From an uncultured Akkermansia sp. (GTDB lineage Bacteria; Verrucomicrobiota; Kiritimatiellia; RFP12; UBA1067): a stretch of DNA of 42,771 nucleotides. Made by a program: the position numbers and the translations under genes. The notes under the pieces were generated by a model. The model saw only the letters and a program-made list of their open reading frames with translations. It did no database searches and was not told the DNA's origin. Positions 37,965 to 42,771 of the stretch are shown piece after piece. The DNA lies in the NCBI GenBank assembly GCA_964459675.1, contig CAYWNP010000003.1:1-42771 (forward strand). The letters are read 5' to 3'. Each line of letters begins with the position of its first letter. Position 1 is the stretch's first letter.

Positions 37965-39419
37965 ATGGCTAAGAAAGCAGACATTGGTCTCATCGGTCTC
38001 GCCGTCATGGGCGAGAACCTCGTTTTAAACATGGAGAGCAAGGGTTTTACAGTCGCTTGCTTCAATCGTACCGTGGAGAAGGTTGACGCCTTTGTCAACG
38101 GACGCGGCGCAAAGAAAAATATCATTGGCTGCCGTTCCCTGAAGGAACTGGCCGACAGTCTCAAGAAGCCCCGTCGCGTCATGGTCATGGTCAAGGCTGG
38201 CTCAGCCGTGGACCAGACCATTGAATCCCTCCTGCCGGTCCTGGAGAAGGGTGACATCATCATTGACGGCGGTAACAGCCACTTCCCGGACACGATCCGT
38301 CGCACGCAGTATCTGGCTGAAAAGGGTCTCCGCTTCATCGGCTCGGGCGTCTCCGGCGGCGAAGAGGGCGCTCTCCTGGGTCCAGCGATCATGCCTGGTG
38401 GCGATGTCAAGGCATGGCCTTATGTGAAGGACATCTTCCAAGCCATCTCCGCCAAGACCGACAAGGGCGAGCCCTGCTGCACGTGGATTGGTCCGGACGG
38501 CGCAGGTCACTTCGTCAAGATGGTCCATAATGGCATTGAGTACGGCGACATGCAGCTCATCTGCGAAGCGTACGACCTGATGTTCCGCGGCCTCGGCATG
38601 AGCGCCAAGGAGATGCAGAAGGTTTTTGCCAAGTGGAACAAGGGCGTTTTGGACAGCTACCTGATTGACATCACCCAGGAGATCCTGAAGGTGTCTGATG
38701 ATGAGACAGGCAAACCGCTGGTGGATGTCATCCTCGATACCGCCGGACAAAAGGGCACGGGCAAGTGGACCTCCACGGCAGGCCTTGACCTGGGCGTCGG
38801 CATCCCGCAGATCGCTGAGGCGGTCTTTGCACGTTGTCTCTCCGCGATCAAGGATGAGCGCGTCGCAGCCTCCAAGGTTCTCAAGTACAGCTCCAAGACC
38901 AAGGTGAACAAGGCTCTCCTGGTCAAGCAGCTCGAACAGGCGGTCTACGCCTCCAAGATCTGCTCCTACGCACAAGGGTACCAGCTCATGCGCGCAGCGG
39001 CCAAGGAGTACAAGTGGAAGCTGAACTACGGCGAGATCGCCCTGGTCTGGCGCCAAGGGTGCATCATCCGCGCCCGCTTCCTCGGCAACATCCGTGATGC
39101 CTTTGATTCCAACCCTGAACTTGCCAACCTCCTCTTGGATCCTTATTTCAAGAAAGTGGTCATCAAGGCTCAGAAGGCATGGCGCGAAGTCATCAAGACC
39201 GCGGTCGAACTCGGCATCCCGGTGCCCGCGATGAGCACGGCGCTCAACTACTTCGACGCCTACCGCAGTGCACGTCTGCCGGCCAACCTGCTCCAGGCTC
39301 AGCGCGACTACTTCGGCGCCCACACCTACGAGCGCGTGGACAAGCCCCGCGGCGAGTTCCACCACCACATCTGGACCGAAAGCGGAGGCAACACCGCCGC
39401 TTCCACCTACGTGGTCTAA
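37965..39419 (+). CDS. gnd: NADP-dependent 6-phosphogluconate dehydrogenase (decarboxylating)
   Basis: [41 protein letters not shown] and [10 protein letters not shown] motifs; ATG 37965. Confidence 0.97.
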   Translation: MAKKADIGLIGLAVMGENLVLNMESKGFTVACFNRTVEKVDAFVNGRGAKKNIIGCRSLKELADSLKKPRRVMVMVKAGSAVDQTIESLLPVLEKGDIIIDGGNSHFPDTIRRTQYLAEKGLRFIGSGVSGGEEGALLGPAIMPGGDVKAWPYVKDIFQAISAKTDKGEPCCTWIGPDGAGHFVKMVHNGIEYGDMQLICEAYDLMFRGLGMSAKEMQKVFAKWNKGVLDSYLIDITQEILKVSDDETGKPLVDVILDTAGQKGTGKWTSTAGLDLGVGIPQIAEAVFARCLSAIKDERVAASKVLKYSSKTKVNKALLVKQLEQAVYASKICSYAQGYQLMRAAAKEYKWKLNYGEIALVWRQGCIIRARFLGNIRDAFDSNPELANLLLDPYFKKVVIKAQKAWREVIKTAVELGIPVPAMSTALNYFDAYRSARLPANLLQAQRDYFGAHTYERVDKPRGEFHHHIWTESGGNTAASTYVV

Positions 39420-39436
39420 GCGATTCGCACAGTCAC

Positions 39437-39477
39437 AAAAAAATCCCCGCCCTTCACCAAGGACGGGGATTTTTTTT
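39437..39477 (+). terminator. Intrinsic terminator (likely bidirectional)
   Basis: aaaaaaatccccg-cccttcaccaagga-cggggattttttt directly after the gnd stop. Confidence 0.88.
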
Positions 39478-39581
39478 CATTAAAAAGCCACTCCCCAATT
39501 TCAGCTTGCACTGCATTCCGAACCACCCTATACTTTGTTCCTATTGTATAAAGCGCCAAGCATTACCCCTAGGAGAAGAAG

Positions 39582-40535
39582 ATGCGAATTGTAGTCCTTG
39601 ATGGCCATACGCTGAATCCCGGAGATCTGTCATGGGCGGAACTCCAGAGTTTGGGAGAGTGCACGGTCTATGAGAGAACAGCTCCTTCTGAAACACTCGA
39701 ACGCGCGCAAGGTGCGGAAATTCTCCTCACCAACAAGACCGTCCTGAACAAGGAGATCATCGCCCAGCTACCCAGCCTCAAATACATCGGGGTGCTGGCG
39801 ACAGGCTACAATGTTGTGGATACAACAGCGGCGGCGCAACAGGGAATCCGAGTTACGAATGTGCCGGCATACAGCACAAACTCCGTCACGCAAATGGTCT
39901 TCGCGCATATCCTCCATTTTTACAATCACGTTGCCGAGCACAGCACAAGCGTCCGCAATGAAAACTGGTGCACCTCCAAAGATTTCTGCTACTGGGAACA
40001 TCCGTTGACAGAGCTTGCGGGAAAGACACTGGGTATTGTCGGCCTGGGCAAAATAGGATCCGCGGTCGCAACCGTAGCCCTCGCCTTTGGCATGCGTGTC
40101 CTTGCCTGTAATCGCTCAACGCCCCCTCTCGTGCCGGAAGGCGTTGTTATGACAGATCTTGAATCAATTTTTCAGCAAAGCGATATTGTCAGCCTCCACT
40201 GTCCGTTGAACGAACAGAACCAAAGATTCGTCAACGCGGCCTTGCTCAGCCGGATGAAAAAGACCGCCTTTCTCATCAACACCAGCAGAGGCCCGCTGAT
40301 CGATGAGGCGGCATTAGCGGACGCGCTGAACCAGGAGCGCATAGCAGGCGCCGGACTCGATGTCCTGACAAAGGAACCGCCTTCCCCTGACTGTCCCTTG
40401 CTCACAGCAAAGAACTGTTTCATCACCCCTCATATTGCGTGGGCGACTCGCAGCGCCCGGGAGCGCCTGATGCAAATCGCCGTCAACAACCTGAAGGCCT
40501 TCCTGCGAAACGACAAGGTCAACGTCATCAATTGA
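39582..40535 (+). CDS. D-2-hydroxyacid dehydrogenase (glycerate dehydrogenase/HprA-like)
   Basis: LDGHTLNPGDLSW, LATGYN, GLGKIG, SLHCPL, NTSRG, DVL..EP and TPHIAW motifs. Confidence 0.92.
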   Translation: MRIVVLDGHTLNPGDLSWAELQSLGECTVYERTAPSETLERAQGAEILLTNKTVLNKEIIAQLPSLKYIGVLATGYNVVDTTAAAQQGIRVTNVPAYSTNSVTQMVFAHILHFYNHVAEHSTSVRNENWCTSKDFCYWEHPLTELAGKTLGIVGLGKIGSAVATVALAFGMRVLACNRSTPPLVPEGVVMTDLESIFQQSDIVSLHCPLNEQNQRFVNAALLSRMKKTAFLINTSRGPLIDEAALADALNQERIAGAGLDVLTKEPPSPDCPLLTAKNCFITPHIAWATRSARERLMQIAVNNLKAFLRNDKVNVIN

Positions 40536-40581
40536 GGATACGTGATTAACGAAAGAACTTTTTTTTCAAGACCATCTAAAT

Positions 40582-41352
40582 ATGGAAAAGGAGACAAACC
40601 CGATGATTATTGCCATCCTTAAAAACGCCTGTGACCTCTACCATAAAAACTTCCTCGCGATTGTTTCAGTAACTGTCGCGATCTGGTTGCCACTGGACCT
40701 CTTGATCAGCTACATGGACTACTTTGTGTTTGATCCGGAGAACATTCGAATATCCTTTAAGTTTTCCCAATTTCTAGACAATTTTATTGGGATTATTGCA
40801 ACGGCCGGGGTCATCTGGATCGGATACGCATCGAGTCGCGGAGAAAAACCCACGTTTAAGCAAGCGATGCGCATCGGGATTCACTCCTGGGGGCGGATGT
40901 GGTGGACTCGCTTATTGACAGGGCTCGCGCTTCTTTTAGGCTTCCTCCTTCTGATCTTTCCAGGACTTTACCTTCTGATCAGACTCACATTTATTGAACA
41001 GATTGCTGTCTGCGAGCGCCTGTCCGGTTCGGCGGCCATGCGCCGCAGCTTTGAAGTGAGCAAAGGACATTTTTGGACACTCTTCCTGCTGGGGGTGCTC
41101 TTTTTATTCATGCTCATCGGTATCATCGCCTGCACCATACTCCCCACCGTCTTCATCCCTGAACTCGACCATTGGCTGGTTGATGCTTCGACCTCCCTCT
41201 TTGCTGATCTCGTTGGCGCCTTCGGTACACTCTGTGTCGTCTCGGCGTATACTCTGTTCTCCGCAAGCGCAAAGCCCATCGCGGTTGAACCGATAGTTGA
41301 AACAGAAAATCCTTGTGTCCAGATGTCAGAGCCGGAACCGACGAGGGAATAA
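40582..41352 (+). CDS. Multi-pass membrane hypothetical protein
   Basis: About five hydrophobic segments; the L.IFPGLYL...A.RRSF...KG..W pattern of GDPD-membrane-domain-like proteins. The true start may be the second Met. Confidence 0.8.
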   Translation: MEKETNPMIIAILKNACDLYHKNFLAIVSVTVAIWLPLDLLISYMDYFVFDPENIRISFKFSQFLDNFIGIIATAGVIWIGYASSRGEKPTFKQAMRIGIHSWGRMWWTRLLTGLALLLGFLLLIFPGLYLLIRLTFIEQIAVCERLSGSAAMRRSFEVSKGHFWTLFLLGVLFLFMLIGIIACTILPTVFIPELDHWLVDASTSLFADLVGAFGTLCVVSAYTLFSASAKPIAVEPIVETENPCVQMSEPEPTRE

Positions 41353-41358
41353 CTTTTT

Positions 41359-41506
41359 TCTCACAGAGGCACAGAGAGCACAGAGGAGAATTAATTTTGA
41401 CAGGATTGACTGGATTTATTGGATTGCTTGGCTCTGAATTCTAATCTTTTTAATCCTGTTCATCCTGTCAAAGAAACTTTTCGTGATTTTCGTGTGTTTC
41501 GTGGGC
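41359..41506. repeat. CACAGAG arm, nested GACAGGAT inverted pair, and TTCGTG arm
   Basis: tctcacagaggcacagagagcacagagg | tttgacaggattgactggatttattggatt...aatctttttaatcctgttcatcctgtcaaa | tttcgtgattttcgtgtgtttcgtgggc. Confidence 0.8.
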
Positions 41507-41537
41507 AGAAAATTGAAAGTAGAGACAAGATCGTTTT

Positions 41538-42071
41538 ATGAAATCATCCAGACATATGCCCAAGAGAGAGAAACGGAAGCCAGGCACGCTTGCGAAGCTG
41601 TTTGTTGCTGTCTGGGGTGTCCTCTTCCTGTCTGGACTTGGATCCTTCATATTCCACAGCCCTTGGACCATTATTCCCATCAGCATCCTTGTGATCAGTC
41701 TTGTGATTGTGACGCTCCTCTCGCGGCGTAAATTCAAAAAGCTGCGCGAAATTCGGCGCGAGGAGAGTATCTGTACCTTTGCCCGTTCCATTCCCCTGCG
41801 CGACCTCGACACGTGGGTCGTACGCGCAACGTACGAAGAACTTGCGGATTATGTGGGAAATGACAAAGAGCCATTCCCGATCCAAGCCACAGACCGGCTG
41901 GAGGAGGACCTTGAAATTGATAGCGAAGACCTCTGCGATCTCTTTATTGAGATTGTGACCCGCTGCGAGCGCTCCCTTGATGACATGGAGAATAACCCCT
42001 ATTTACCGAAGCTAAAGACCGTGGAAGACCTGATTCACGCCGTCATGTGGCAAAAACGGGAAGAAAAATAA
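41538..42071 (+). CDS. Membrane protein (2 TM) with an acidic ACP-like C-terminal domain
   Basis: Two TM helices, then DRLEEDLEIDSEDL...KLKTVEDLI. Confidence 0.75.
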   Translation: MKSSRHMPKREKRKPGTLAKLFVAVWGVLFLSGLGSFIFHSPWTIIPISILVISLVIVTLLSRRKFKKLREIRREESICTFARSIPLRDLDTWVVRATYEELADYVGNDKEPFPIQATDRLEEDLEIDSEDLCDLFIEIVTRCERSLDDMENNPYLPKLKTVEDLIHAVMWQKREEK

Positions 42072-42121
42072 CACAGATTAACTCGTTTCTCGTAGAGGCA
42101 TTCGGCCGTAATTTGCGCCTC

Positions 42122-42771
42122 CTAGCCATCCGATTCCAACCGTTTGGCCCACACATTGCATTGCATACATGTCTCCCGTGTGGCATCCGCCAGTTCATTC
42201 GGATAGGCTGAAAGCCAGAGCGCACGGTGCTCCAGCAGGGGCCTACCCCATTTCACTGGGATATGCTCGGGCATGCCCATTGGCATGATCCAGATGATTC
42301 GCGCTTTGTCATGTTTTAGCAATTCATCCAATATAGCGCGCTCACCGGGCGAGAAAAAGGTACTCACCACCACACCGTCCCACTCCTCAGTGAGAAACCG
42401 TTGCGCCTTTGCAATCTCTTGCTCTGTCGCTTTGCGCGACACGCGCAGCGCACGTTTAGGTGACGCTTTTAAAAGCTCCTGATTGCCCACATATGTGCTC
42501 GCTTTAATCGTGCCCCTCGGAATGCGCTTCAAGGCCAGGCGCTGCGGGTTGGCTTTGATATAGGCCTCCTTGATGGCAAGCTCCTCCGCCTCAAAACAAA
42601 TCACATCGTAATAATTTGGTTGCCAAACAGAAGCGGGTTCTTTCCCGCTATAGCGGGAGTCAACCAGCAGGTTGCGCCGCCAAAGACGCGTCACCGCGCC
42701 TTTAAACATATTCATAATTTCGCCTAACGGCTTGACATTGCCCCTATCCAACCATACTAGCCCGTGAAAAT
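42122..42771 (-). CDS. RAYT/TnpA(Y1)-like HUH protein fused to a DprA/Smf-like domain (5' end outside the window)
   Basis: The frame is open to the window edge: (H)FHGLVWL..., LGEIMNMFKGAVT, VWQPNYYDVI, YIKANP, followed by YVGNQELL...VVVSTFFSPGE. Confidence 0.75.
   Translation of the reverse strand, partial: FHGLVWLDRGNVKPLGEIMNMFKGAVTRLWRRNLLVDSRYSGKEPASVWQPNYYDVICFEAEELAIKEAYIKANPQRLALKRIPRGTIKASTYVGNQELLKASPKRALRVSRKATEQEIAKAQRFLTEEWDGVVVSTFFSPGERAILDELLKHDKARIIWIMPMGMPEHIPVKWGRPLLEHRALWLSAYPNELADATRETCMQCNVWAKRLESDG

Noticed and set aside
38202-39368. 388-aa antisense ORF (also 27654-28592, 36910-37587, 31681-32385 and others)
   Set aside because: Shadow frames opposite strongly codon-biased genes (gnd, glnS, SDR, thioredoxin); no recognisable motifs.
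31400-41506. Possible CRISPR array from the recurring CACAGAG repeats
   Set aside because: No regular repeat-spacer periodicity, copies are kilobases apart, and no cas genes are present.

Overview
A bacterial chromosomal window, most likely from a PVC-superphylum anaerobe (Kiritimatiellota/Lentisphaerota-like); this taxonomy is inferred from gene families and repeat style only. A tRNA-Ala(GGC) at 19586-19661 splits the window in two. The left ~19.5 kb is accessory and partly decayed. It holds remnants of an ISL3-like transposase, a Ser/Thr kinase and a DUF6288-like gene, a sialate-O-acetylesterase-like/GH127 fusion, a four-gene two-component cluster around a secreted S8 protease and a small Cys-rich ORF, a lipoprotein, a GH99-like hydrolase, a ~400-nt nested-inverted-repeat element, an internally deleted sulfatase and a GIY-YIG gene. 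The right ~23 kb is mostly housekeeping: mtnA, a class II aldolase, a tandem DUF3857/transglutaminase, a methyltransferase, trxB, a 3D protein, glnS, selB, a thioredoxin-like protein, smc, ThuA, a uxuB-like SDR, gnd and a 2-hydroxyacid dehydrogenase. It ends in two membrane proteins and a truncated RAYT-like HUH/DprA-like fusion. The strongest non-obvious signals are: (1) three promoters with the same box1/box2/-10 architecture, a candidate regulon of the local NarL-type regulator; (2) a 27-32 nt palindromic micro-element found three times inserted into other repeats; (3) modular 9-bp-period repeat arms in intergenic regions; (4) the structured element at 17527-17939. All calls were made by eye, with no database searches.
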